30,552 bases of DNA, taken from IMG/VR virus record IMGVR_UViG_3300030330_003398, positions 1 through 30,552 of that record. One strand, 5' to 3'. The position numbers were made by a program, and so were the translations under genes. The notes under the pieces are model-generated. The model had not been told where the DNA came from. It saw only the letters and a program-made list of their open reading frames with translations, and searched no databases. The stretch is from a virus (taxonomy: Duplodnaviria; Caudoviricetes). Shown piece by piece: positions 18,901 to 25,949 of this stretch; within the stretch, counting starts at the first letter, position 1; each line of letters begins with the position of its first letter.

Positions 18901-19920
18901 ATTTATTTTTACACTTAACTTATTAGAAGGCTTTTTTCTAACAACAACAATATGTTCTTCTCTTAAATCAGTTTTATTATCAAGTGCAAAAAATACATCG
19001 TTATATCTAATAGATCTTTCGTTTTGTTCATCAAAATTATCAGTTGCAGTAATAGGATTTATATATATACCAAGACCACTTTCACCATCATTTAAATCTT
19101 GATAAAAATAAGTAACTTCTTTTACACCTAAAAATTTACCATCCCTATAATGTCTAACATCAAGTACAGCTCCTTCAGCTACATTTTCACCTATTGCAGC
19201 ATCTAAATGTTTTTTAACAATATAACCATATCTACCATACCCACCAGAACTTTGTACAGTATTAAAAGTATTATCAGTATCATTTAAATAATGAGTATTT
19301 TTTCCAGCCGTTGTATCAAGAGCAGTATCTACAACAGAAAAACCATTAAAGCTACCACTTTCAAAACTAAGTGCTGTATGAGTCCAGTTACCATTAGCGT
19401 CTGTAGAAGTTGCCTTTTTTAACTCTTCAATATTTATTTTTCTTGGTTCATTAACTCCGTCTGTCCAGAATAATAAATTATCTATTATATTTATACCAGT
19501 TATAATTTTATCAGGGAATTTTAAAACCGCATCTTTTGTATTTACTTTTCTATCTACAATTACGGGTTTTATTGTGGGTGGGTTGCCATTTTTACCTATA
19601 GTATATTCTATAACAGCTTCAATATTAACATAACCAGGTGTAGGCTTGTATTGCCTTTTTATAAACCAATATAGTTTATCATTTTTTTCGTCAGCTACAG
19701 CGCCAACGCACTTACAATCAGATAATACAACAGGATTACCAGTTATATCTGTGTTATGTAAAGTGTTACCTAGTATATTTTGAACAGTACCTACATCAGA
19801 ACCTTCAGATGTAGTAACTTGAATATTCATAGCGTCTCTATACTCTCCGTTTGGAATAAGCCTTTCGTCAAGGTCTTTATTCATTCTACCTTTGACAAAA
19901 TTATTTTTAATTTCTGGCAT
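9937..19920 (-). CDS. Tail muzzle/nozzle (stabilisation, P22 gp10-like) protein with very large insertions, 3327 aa
   Basis: N-terminus FVKGRMNKDLDERLIPNGEYRDAMNI, RFSYRYKYSDNQYS, GNRIVYGNY, YQLGVVFIDKHGRETPV, GDYGISKNPESFA, YFTDKQRGAVLRLSMDGLTPISDIGMRDWF, and KGWVSFKSFIPE near the C-terminus. Follows the ring genes. Confidence 0.8.
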   Translation of the reverse strand: MPEIKNNFVKGRMNKDLDERLIPNGEYRDAMNIQVTTSEGSDVGTVQNILGNTLHNTDITGNPVVLSDCKCVGAVADEKNDKLYWFIKRQYKPTPGYVNIEAVIEYTIGKNGNPPTIKPVIVDRKVNTKDAVLKFPDKIITGINIIDNLLFWTDGVNEPRKINIEELKKATSTDANGNWTHTALSFESGSFNGFSVVDTALDTTAGKNTHYLNDTDNTFNTVQSSGGYGRYGYIVKKHLDAAIGENVAEGAVLDVRHYRDGKFLGVKEVTYFYQDLNDGESGLGIYINPITATDNFDEQNERSIRYNDVFFALDNKTDLREEHIVVVRKKPSNKLSVKINNYEATNGKMNVPTLGLEGNEVSTAKDSLFENIFPRFSYRYKYSDNQYSALAPFTDVVFSPEHKSRKNKDLAYDQKEGYNTSMVNTVYSVELSDFISSETTEDVVQVDILYKQENSPVVYSIASIKHLSTEWHSIGSGQDNNIGYLASTKHGRAASEAKHILFGDSFKGKYIVETENIRAAIPENQLLRPWDNVPKKALAQEITGNRIVYGNYTQNYNIETNIPEIEVDYNARESYVLGDYESYVNKVYNGDFETQGYSFDNYALPSIKSQRNYQLGVVFIDKHGRETPVFSSNKSAVKIPWRNKEGSLSSTVSQQLNVVLSEDPPSFAKYIKYFVKETSGEYYNIIMDNAFIPEDISQKGSADHMWLSFPSSERNKIAENDYITLKRKLGNGETLVNDKNKFKILSIENEAPEFIKYEYYSLGAVGQKGSYPLNDNTGNSANYLNTTSGANAVNGLFSYMSASPANPVDPRRLIIDKGKWHGEKGAILGIGDTQDDGIEMPKDLYISWFIDEGLNGEKLQYSDKYKIVNIRINANYVFLLDRDISEKDSKLASATDAFSNTLSDDLVILIEGRRERRLELFSGKFFAKVVSDKLVYSDIISDTETVNLKQFTSIGRSDVYWFADEATTTNYNSYDDGVLNTSLNGTMPGSNAVHDKNGGYNVTSTVNRWTFLINNTGSRRFFIDNMYMAAGQISSNNYAKNSGQIWNANKAYYPEPPIWVGAKYPELANGGVLESSTALPSNLPSSVLGPINTDTVVRNGWQYMATQTVQYPEGYDATKTVNGLEGLLQNVNNEHITKNGRRRWRAYKGKGLYGTEAYFDNTYGKPTARGKHYLHLSFLAPGIDLHQGTFSSSATKIYPSENGFIGKFLQGIWGGGVFTTKNGAPFGTNNDLFSLPMEGKSKIKPNDIGQEAPGPNVKYSVGYDIRYKERHDNQWNPCFPNDEDGKIQEFIDNINVGSKFRFIDDTSGAIYNITNVSVKKIYNHTTWKAMLRADDSNDPDSYRWGGDIIDALSSVEENGIAWAETLDSNGANGDAAKLTAFTDKIKDFGRANNRRLCYIIEVDRIRTNAYNPVDGSNIDTVNNGVIEFVAPTSGLLKIDSQKPIIWETEPKETTDLEIYHEASPAIPTTITSTTNDHFAPIGCTVESSGFKSFIYNSDFNQYKNTLVNWISDTEFELSPGFLFEDDNNDEINYSNTEIVFYKKDGSYNTARLATQPADPGNTNGIEIDGVQYKTRFIIDPNIGKDLKFGLSWYNCFTFGNGIESNRIKDGFNEMFLGNGPIVSSTIDTRYSEEDRTSGLIYSGIYNADSNVNNLNQFIMAEKITKDLNPTYGSIQKLFQRRVGLVAFCEDRIVDIVAGKDTIFNADGNPQLIASNKVLGTATPFVGDYGISKNPESFARESYRAYFTDKQRGAVLRLSMDGLTPISDIGMRDWFRDHLLAPTELLGTYDEYKKEYNLTLLSKFSQNILTNANIEEGQNLTNIISPATNLIENGVNSVGAELSYPEAYSNPDNLRQNTSIDNRDLASQVNYRLYAAIPEGHFYPGYTGNTMNTPFGGQQGWPAEAAQFTSNNYNIASFDFTQGSIDPNFAGLNFVGEDKGFANPTNPANNEVYPSVFSQTFDTGNGHYAPKHNWTWDTGSTLLSDSDYTNTFTNDDNTFTAKTLVHDGGCSPFYRYYNLRNTNTTSSFSGSTVPGFTNEYTSGIISAYIGIGGTSSGSNSSNLFPGNNPNFTPPPLGPMFNLTENQKGMVLPGKHYSSPQTRIQGNNNFGPGADGSFVEASSSVVNNKRPDGNVSSNVKNWPDDPQNIQVGLLNGINVGVAPSLPGALSGGGFTPYGKGGQTGYFNRANDTTIFAGDEIRIRFKILKLTTTYLREGIGSQQYFNNQPFSYSSRGFANIQIKLMDAEYPVGANSLFDASTAGYVGTDVNVDPYNTHSTTPGTSGSAGNITASNPLGLANDYDKKVGYQANPTYNFHQSRGKVTNNNYVRFVSDFLSSAVTQNSGQQDRGYIYGLHEFNYEIYYKFKSPNYNAANETVPFQQTSGYLDGSNIGGKDIVVVEDLNVQIGTHNNNIDKGQVFFLQEFEIDKIFSLSKPYNPGQITHSAVAPIPPIAVPAWINFNSNFKQATAPNGTWISFLGGAQLGDIIRAANAKAFWGENTDTSAIINQTSSEIINNITYSWNEPPGFPNNTVSTDILATNLGAQALGLAAPLQTSTTTHNVTSQATHDFGNDVVSIDSTSSSYISQDLGSTNLAAGQWYMIDVFVKNLDNSYPNAVFIEAMIDPNGYGAGTGKITYGNPAVSYNNIDMQDPVSAGELYGFFGNVNSTNAANLAVGGNRNFQLLRITDPTQSYYEDPMSGYDLMGVTNQPPLIDSPTSDVYRGIFQVHQDSRNIVDGTDKVKLWFWNFKGDVEFINFVDVSEKFEDGTATNWDGDAFISNPQHDSKIRRHSFTPKRAYLEGGMFKFENATRANNFRQRFDVDQSTDYFLLPTSDDYRLKFTVSDYVSGKLRLQLRTYANTAGFAWNGLHILVEENGVYEIIFEVLQDTNNHNISILTITKDGVDYSSTADIETYDTLSGYNWPTAAEVNADGNVISISGLDSDPLTANVKDIYLFDQSSIITGGYADAWEFTGFDASQLPIPILFEDGKIVLNGASNTMRIEQYINQETYVGDRFNIRFSHNLSVGAIQCYYFNSQGQGFRTYHAVSGSGGSYSPSNATSLPATTIPGSPAYYDHVHEVGAETINPGELTNTFVIEFVENMGIFGHPTGPVVGTLDNFFMGAVSAEFTPRTITFNEENKGWVSFKSFIPENGLSLSKQYFTIRNGKLYQHHSNENRNQFYDQNLNHITSSHVTTIFNQEPSLVKIFNTLNYEGSQANVVRYNSNTDFNAEGTIRFDNQINIAGWKVDYIATNKQRGSVKEFIEKEGKWFNHIKGFSSGELDTGAFSFQGLGVISNISIPAAQNQGPGAPPGGVTVIQPTQTPPTTPTTTY

Positions 19921-19923
19921 GTA

Positions 19924-21531
19924 CTAGTGTTTTATTTGTTTAGATTTGCCTCTAAGTATTTGAGTAATTTCTTCTAATTTAATATTTGACAATCTTAATT
20001 TAGCTTGTCTAGCAGCTGCTATTTTTTCTTTTTTAAGTCTAGGTATTAATTGCTGTGTATACATATAGCCAGAAGCTATAGCGTGTAATATCCATCTATA
20101 CATAGCTTCTTCAGCAAATTTATGTACTTTCATCTCTTCATTTGTACCTAGACTATCACTTATATAATCTAATATCACAGTTTTTCCTGAAATATTAGAG
20201 CTAAAATGTATTAATCCTTTTAGTTCGTCTATATAAAACGATCCATTAACTTGTGCGTGTTGTGGATCTAAACCATATCTTTCACCTTCGTTAGGCCAAT
20301 AAACATTATTTTCATAATCTTGGTAATCATTAATATTGTTTTCAGAAGGATTATGAGATTTATAATTTGACCAAGCAGTAGACTCTCCGCCAGACTGTAA
20401 GTTAGGTAAAATACCGTCAAAAGTAACACTTACATCATCAATTTTGTTTTGACTAGTATCACTTAAAGTATTAACTTGAGTAGTAAAATCATTAACATGG
20501 CTAATAATTATTATGTACGCTTCGTTAATACCACTAACATTCACATTGTTTATAGTTTTAGTAGAAGCTGTTGCTAAACCATCATCAAAAGTTACGAAGC
20601 TAGGATTATTATTTTCATCTAATAAATTATAAATAGTTGAAGCCGGTTCGTTAGGCGTAACATATGAATAAGTCGCTGGGTTACCAGCGTTATTAATTCC
20701 AGATGTTTGGTTTTGTGGATGAAAAGGATTTAATTTAAATGCAACAAAACTAGTATCACTAAAACTTTGATCATAAACACCTGATGGTTTTTTAGTGCTA
20801 ATACCAAATTTCAATAAACCAGATCCCTTAACGCCTGTTACTGCTGCAGCAGAAGTACCACTAACAGATAAATCTATTTCGTTAATACCGCTTAAATCAA
20901 TACGCTGCCAAACACAATATACTTGTGCTGCTTTTGGATTTGGTCCAGGTGCAAAGTCATTCATAGTTTTTGAGCCGTGCGTAAATACTAACTCTCCACC
21001 TGTTATTTCTATATTATCAACAGTTAAAACAGCACCTGCGTTAAATGCAGTTCTACCCCAACCATCAGGATTGTTACCTTGTATTAATCCTGAAGAATCT
21101 GAAAAGTCAGAGTTTTTTACAAGAGCATTTACTGTAGTATCAAAATCGTAATCTTTATTTTCTTTTTGAAGTATTTTAAAAGGGTTTGAAGTATGTTTTG
21201 TTGGGTATATAGGATGTTTTATACCAGCGCCATCAACCCAAGATAGTTTAGTATAATTAACATAGTCGTGTGGTAACATCATTTTTAAAGAAGCTGGTAT
21301 TTCTATTTCTTGTGCTTTTATAGATTTAAAAGTATCAAAACTTAATTCTGCCAAAGCTCTTTGAGCGTGAAAGCCAACATCTATTTTACTGCATTTACGT
21401 ATTATCTTTTCATCACCAACATAAACAGTCATAAACTGATTTATAATATCATCTAAAGAAATAAATTGATAATTACCTAAATTTTCGCCTGTGTAATATT
21501 CTTGTTGTGTAGTACCTTCTAAGTATGCCAT
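19924..21531 (-). CDS. Tail ring/head-tail connector protein with inserted domain, 535 aa
   Basis: ISLDDIINQF, AQRALAELSFD, LPHDYVNYTKLSW, and C-terminal LIHFSSNISGKTVILDYISD...VHKFAEEAMYRWI. Directly upstream of the muzzle gene. Confidence 0.7.
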   Translation of the reverse strand: MAYLEGTTQQEYYTGENLGNYQFISLDDIINQFMTVYVGDEKIIRKCSKIDVGFHAQRALAELSFDTFKSIKAQEIEIPASLKMMLPHDYVNYTKLSWVDGAGIKHPIYPTKHTSNPFKILQKENKDYDFDTTVNALVKNSDFSDSSGLIQGNNPDGWGRTAFNAGAVLTVDNIEITGGELVFTHGSKTMNDFAPGPNPKAAQVYCVWQRIDLSGINEIDLSVSGTSAAAVTGVKGSGLLKFGISTKKPSGVYDQSFSDTSFVAFKLNPFHPQNQTSGINNAGNPATYSYVTPNEPASTIYNLLDENNNPSFVTFDDGLATASTKTINNVNVSGINEAYIIIISHVNDFTTQVNTLSDTSQNKIDDVSVTFDGILPNLQSGGESTAWSNYKSHNPSENNINDYQDYENNVYWPNEGERYGLDPQHAQVNGSFYIDELKGLIHFSSNISGKTVILDYISDSLGTNEEMKVHKFAEEAMYRWILHAIASGYMYTQQLIPRLKKEKIAAARQAKLRLSNIKLEEITQILRGKSKQIKH

Positions 21532-21535
21532 TTAT

Positions 21536-22231
21536 TTATTGTTTTTCTTGTTGTATTGTACCTATTTCTTTTTGCGCTGCTGCTTGAACTACGTTATAGT
21601 CTTTTATAGAAAGACCTGATAATTGTAATATTTTTATAACTAAATTAGTTTCTTCAGAAATATGTAATTCAAAATCAGCATGACTACCATTACTTGGGTT
21701 ATATAAAGCTTTTTCGTCAACAACAACATATGTCCAGCTAACTTTATTAGGTCTTCGTATATATGTAAATTGATTTGCACCAAAAAGAGGAAATACATAT
21801 ATAGAATTATCTTTAACATAATATACAGGTCTGTTTTCTGTAACTCTTGTTAAAGGGCCTTTTTGAGAAGTAAGATAATCTTCATAATTTATTTTTTGTG
21901 CTACACTACTAACACCGTTAGCGTCTTGCCTTAACACTTGTGTTATTTTATAAAAATTATTATGATTTTGTAACGGTTCAATATCACTTATACTAACTGG
22001 ACCTATTTTAAATATAGATAATTTTTCTTCTATTAAATCAGTTGTACTAGAATAACTAGAGCTATTACCAGGTACTCTTTTAAATTGATTTATATCATAA
22101 AAATATTGTCTAAAAATATCCATTTGAGCTTGGTTAGCATATAAATTAAACTCTTGCGGTGTTATATAACCTCTTTGCTCTTTATTAGCTAAAGCTAAAA
22201 CTCTTTGATATACTGTGTCTACACGTACCAT
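21536..22231 (-). CDS. Tail ring/adaptor protein, 231 aa
   Basis: VYQRVLALANKEQRGYITPQEFNLYANQAQ N-terminus, YIRRP motif, and FELHISEETNLVIKIL. Typical of crAss-like ring/tubular adaptor proteins. Confidence 0.7.
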   Translation of the reverse strand: MVRVDTVYQRVLALANKEQRGYITPQEFNLYANQAQMDIFRQYFYDINQFKRVPGNSSSYSSTTDLIEEKLSIFKIGPVSISDIEPLQNHNNFYKITQVLRQDANGVSSVAQKINYEDYLTSQKGPLTRVTENRPVYYVKDNSIYVFPLFGANQFTYIRRPNKVSWTYVVVDEKALYNPSNGSHADFELHISEETNLVIKILQLSGLSIKDYNVVQAAAQKEIGTIQQEKQ

Positions 22232-22246
22232 AATTTATTTTTAATT

Positions 22247-22285
22247 TGTAGTTTGCAATCGCCCCGTAGGGCGACTACCACTACA
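22247..22285 (-). other. Intergenic RNA hairpin with cUACGg tetraloop
   Basis: Minus strand UGUAGU-G-GUAGUCGCCC UACG GGGCGAUUGC-AA-ACUACA gives about 16 bp of stem including G-U pairs, with a 1x2 internal loop. GC-rich in an AT-rich background. Confidence 0.7.
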
Positions 22286-22291
22286 GTTTGA

Positions 22292-23125
22292 TTAATTATT
22301 TAATCTTTTTTCTATATTTGCATATATTTCCATACCTTCATCAGTTTTAAACCAATGCGCTAAAGCAGTGTATGGATGCTCGTCAAATGGTACTGTCATT
22401 ATAGGTCTATCATTAGAACCCCATAAAAAGTTTCTTTGATCTTGAGATAATTTAATAATACCAAGCTCAACAGCTTTAATACCAAAGTTTCTAAGAGTAA
22501 CATTATCATCAGAAGCTAATTCTAAGAACAAACTAGGATTTGTTCTAGCAAATACTAGTAAATCTCGTTTAAGTTCTTTAGAACTCATTTTAGATACTTC
22601 AGAACCTCTCTCTACACGTATAATAGCTTCAGCTAAATCTATATCCATATCTCTAGCTACAACTATTGCGTCAGCTTCTAATTCTAATATTTCTATTTCA
22701 TCAGCAGCTTGCTTTGCTGGTTCAAACTCTACATACAGTTTGTTTTTATGAGGGTGGTATAAAGATAAAAGTTTTTGTAATGTTGTTTTGTTTCTAGGAA
22801 CTAATAAAACACCATTTCTAAAAACAATATGTTCTAATCTTTGATCACCTTGCATCTCGTCTACAAATACTGTTTTTTGATTTGAAGTATATTTTAATTC
22901 TCTTTCATACCCTTTTTCTTCATCAAAATAATATATATTAGAAGATCTTATAGTATAAGATAAAGGCTTTTTATTACCTTTTATAAAATAAGTTCTATCT
23001 TTTATTTCCCAGCCATCATTTGTAGAAGGGTTTTTAGGTTCTACTCTTTTAGGTTTTGTTGCTTCAACAACTTGTGTTTCAACAACAGGTACTTCTACCT
23101 CTTGTGTTTTTTGTTTTTTTGCCAT
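22292..23125 (-). CDS. Conserved virion-associated protein downstream of the major capsid gene, 277 aa
   Basis: Clean ORF directly after the capsid gene and its terminator. The position matches a conserved gene of crAss-like capsid modules. Function not identifiable from sequence. Confidence 0.6.
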   Translation of the reverse strand: MAKKQKTQEVEVPVVETQVVEATKPKRVEPKNPSTNDGWEIKDRTYFIKGNKKPLSYTIRSSNIYYFDEEKGYERELKYTSNQKTVFVDEMQGDQRLEHIVFRNGVLLVPRNKTTLQKLLSLYHPHKNKLYVEFEPAKQAADEIEILELEADAIVVARDMDIDLAEAIIRVERGSEVSKMSSKELKRDLLVFARTNPSLFLELASDDNVTLRNFGIKAVELGIIKLSQDQRNFLWGSNDRPIMTVPFDEHPYTALAHWFKTDEGMEIYANIEKRLNN

Positions 23126-23145
23126 AATATAATATATAATAAAAT

Positions 23146-23184
23146 TAATAAAATAAAAGGCCGAGGCCGAAGCCCCGGTCTTTT
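23146..23184 (-). terminator. Intrinsic terminator after the major capsid gene
   Basis: Minus strand AAAAGACCGGGGC UUCG GCCUCGGCCUUUUAUUUUAUU: GC stem, cUUCGg loop and U-tract, about 10 nt after the stop. Confidence 0.85.
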
Positions 23185-23193
23185 AAAAATAGT

Positions 23194-24690
23194 TTACTGC
23201 ATTAACATAAAGTTGTTAGCACCTTGAGTGATTAAACATCTTTCTGATAAATAGTGAACTTGCATTACGTCTAAACCTGTAGTAGCAGCACCAACTGAAC
23301 CAGTAGTCCAAGTCTTCATTCTTCTGTCATCAGTTTGTGAAGCTCTATATCTAACATGTAAGAAAGGTCTTTTCATGCTTTGTCCAACAGTTTGATCATA
23401 AACCGAAGAAGTACCAGCAGGAATCATGACTCCTCTAATAGGATCAACAGTGTTTCTACTATTTATACTTCCTCTTGTAGCTTGATCATTTAGGTATCTA
23501 AAATCAGATTTATAAAAGTCATAAGAACCTCTACGGAATCCAGTAAAACCTAAGTTTAAAGCCATATCTTCAGAGTTGTTAAATACTCCATAAGAAGTAC
23601 CACCAGCTCCATAAGAGTTTAACGAAGCTAACATATCATCTATAGCTAAGCTAGTTGATCTATTAACAAACATCATATACTCTTCAATAGCACCTTGTTT
23701 ATCGAACTCAGCAAGTATTGCGTCAAACTCAGCTAAATCAGTAGCAGCGTTAACACCAGTTACACCAGTAGTTACATTACCTCTAGTTTGTATAGCCGCA
23801 AATAAACCTTCAGTACCAAAAGCTTCACCAGCGCCATTAACAGTGCCATCAGCTGTAGATTCTGCTGGTACACCTAAAACACCTTCTAACATTGACATTT
23901 CAATGTAGTCAGTAAATCTAGCTCTAGTATCACCTTCAGCCTTTAAATACCACAAGTAACCGTTTTGCCCAGATTCACCAGATATTTCTACCCAACCAAT
24001 AGCAGAAGTGTCAGATCCTGAAATTTCATAGTAATCTTTTAAAATAATAGGTTTATTTGTAAAAGATTTAAAAACAGGTTCTACATTACCAAAACCATCA
24101 GTTGAAGATGCAGTACCACCTTGATCATTTGTAGCTTTACCAAATTCAGAACCAAAAACTAATAATGTAGCTGCGTTTGAAGTACCAGTACCAAATGCAG
24201 TAGCATCATCAATATTAGCTTGCTCATAAGGTTTACAAGTTACATCGTTATTAGAAACAGCTGTTACTAAACATTTAATAGCTCCTTCTGAAGTAGCTAC
24301 GATTACCATATCGTTAATTCTAACACCATGCTTGTCTGTAGATACAGAAGTACCATCAATATCATTAGTAATAGAAAAAACTCCAGTTGTATTATTTACA
24401 GTACCAGTGTATGATAAATGTAATCTACCTTGCTCAGACCAGACAACTTGATCAGATGTCATAGCCTCTTCAGCCCCAACTTGTGCTAAAAAACCTGAAA
24501 TAGTTCTCGGTCCGAAAACTTCAGCTTCTTTTTCCATTAGGTCTGGTAAATATTGTTGCGCCCAACCAGCAGTGGCTGTCGCAGTAAAATCAATGTAGTT
24601 TGAAGCTAGTGTCGCTTTTTGTGGAGCTGGCACACTATTTAAACTACCTGCGGTCCCAGAATGCCCAGGACCTGGATTTGAAATTGCCAT
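23194..24690 (-). CDS. Major capsid protein (HK97 fold expected), 498 aa
   Basis: Position after portal and scaffold, size, downstream terminator, and motifs VVWSEQGRLH, NKPIILKDYYEISGSD, EMSMLEG, GTEGLFAAI, HYLSERCL. Confidence 0.85.
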   Translation of the reverse strand: MAISNPGPGHSGTAGSLNSVPAPQKATLASNYIDFTATATAGWAQQYLPDLMEKEAEVFGPRTISGFLAQVGAEEAMTSDQVVWSEQGRLHLSYTGTVNNTTGVFSITNDIDGTSVSTDKHGVRINDMVIVATSEGAIKCLVTAVSNNDVTCKPYEQANIDDATAFGTGTSNAATLLVFGSEFGKATNDQGGTASSTDGFGNVEPVFKSFTNKPIILKDYYEISGSDTSAIGWVEISGESGQNGYLWYLKAEGDTRARFTDYIEMSMLEGVLGVPAESTADGTVNGAGEAFGTEGLFAAIQTRGNVTTGVTGVNAATDLAEFDAILAEFDKQGAIEEYMMFVNRSTSLAIDDMLASLNSYGAGGTSYGVFNNSEDMALNLGFTGFRRGSYDFYKSDFRYLNDQATRGSINSRNTVDPIRGVMIPAGTSSVYDQTVGQSMKRPFLHVRYRASQTDDRRMKTWTTGSVGAATTGLDVMQVHYLSERCLITQGANNFMLMQ

Positions 24691-24710
24691 AATTTTGTAA
24701 TTTTAAATTG

Positions 24711-25922
24711 TTATTTATTATTTTTAATTTTAAACTTAAAATCAGAAGAATTATCACCTAAAACTCTTACTTTTATTCCACCAGCTTCTATTTGTCCATG
24801 AGCTTGTCTTGGATTCATATTAACATTTTTAGATTTAGCAACGCTATTTTTCATAGCATCAGCTTTACCTTGTTCATAAAAGTGTTTTGCAACAGCGTCT
24901 GCATTCATTGCTGTAAATAGAGATTTATGATAACCTTTTGCATCTGATAATGAAGAATTTTTATCTAAAAACTTTTTAGTAAAATTATTTATATCGCTTT
25001 GAGCTATCTTAATTTCTTCAGCATTATTCACATTAAACCTATATTTTTTATCACCGACATTGTATTCAAAACCTTTGAACTTGTCGTTAAAAACTTGATT
25101 AGTTTTTTGTGTAAAAATATCAGAGTTCTTTTTCACTGTTTTTTGTGTTGCTTCTGACTCTTTGTTATATCTATTAAAAAAATCTACAGCTTTCTGTTGT
25201 TCTTTTGTAAGTTTACTTCCAGCTTTGATTTCTTCATAGTATTTGGACTTTTGCCCGTCCAAGTGGCTTCTAGCGCTGGCAACTTGCTCTTTAAACGCTA
25301 GTTTTTTTCTTTTTATTTCTCTATCGGTATCTTCTTCTTCATCTATATTAAAAGTGTCTTCCATTAAGAAATTTATTTCATCATTAGTTAAATGAGGTTT
25401 TGTTTGTTTGTAGTATTCAAAAACAATATCGTTATCATTTAACTTACTGTAATCTTGATTAAGCTTTACATAATCTTGTATATCACCACCTGTTTCTTCC
25501 ATAAAATCTACAAGTTTTTGTATATTTTCAGGAAGTGGTTTACCTGTTTCTTTAGCTTCAGCTACAGCTTCTTCAACTTTTTCTTCTACTTCATTAACTT
25601 CTTCTTCAGTTGAATCTTCAGTTATTTCTTCAAGAACTGGCGTTTCATTTTGAACTTCGTCGGAGCTTTTTTCTCCGGTAGATTCTTCATTTTTCTTTTC
25701 GACGTTTTGCTCACGTACTTCTTCGCTAGCTTTGGATTCGTCGCGAACAGGTACCTCATTTGTGCTTTGCTTTCCAGTGGCATCTTCTTCCTTTTTTAGT
25801 GGTTTACTTAAATCTACTTTTATAACGCTATCGTCTCCAGCAGAATCAAATTTAGTTTCATCAACTTTTTCAGTTGTTTCTTGTGTAGTCTCTTCAACTA
25901 CTTTTTCATCTTTTTCTTCCAT
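24711..25922 (-). CDS. Putative capsid scaffolding protein, 403 aa
   Basis: Highly acidic low-complexity N-terminal third and helical C-terminal part, located between portal and capsid genes. Confidence 0.6.
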   Translation of the reverse strand: MEEKDEKVVEETTQETTEKVDETKFDSAGDDSVIKVDLSKPLKKEEDATGKQSTNEVPVRDESKASEEVREQNVEKKNEESTGEKSSDEVQNETPVLEEITEDSTEEEVNEVEEKVEEAVAEAKETGKPLPENIQKLVDFMEETGGDIQDYVKLNQDYSKLNDNDIVFEYYKQTKPHLTNDEINFLMEDTFNIDEEEDTDREIKRKKLAFKEQVASARSHLDGQKSKYYEEIKAGSKLTKEQQKAVDFFNRYNKESEATQKTVKKNSDIFTQKTNQVFNDKFKGFEYNVGDKKYRFNVNNAEEIKIAQSDINNFTKKFLDKNSSLSDAKGYHKSLFTAMNADAVAKHFYEQGKADAMKNSVAKSKNVNMNPRQAHGQIEAGGIKVRVLGDNSSDFKFKIKNNK

Positions 25923-25949
25923 AATATAATATAATAATAATTAATAAAT

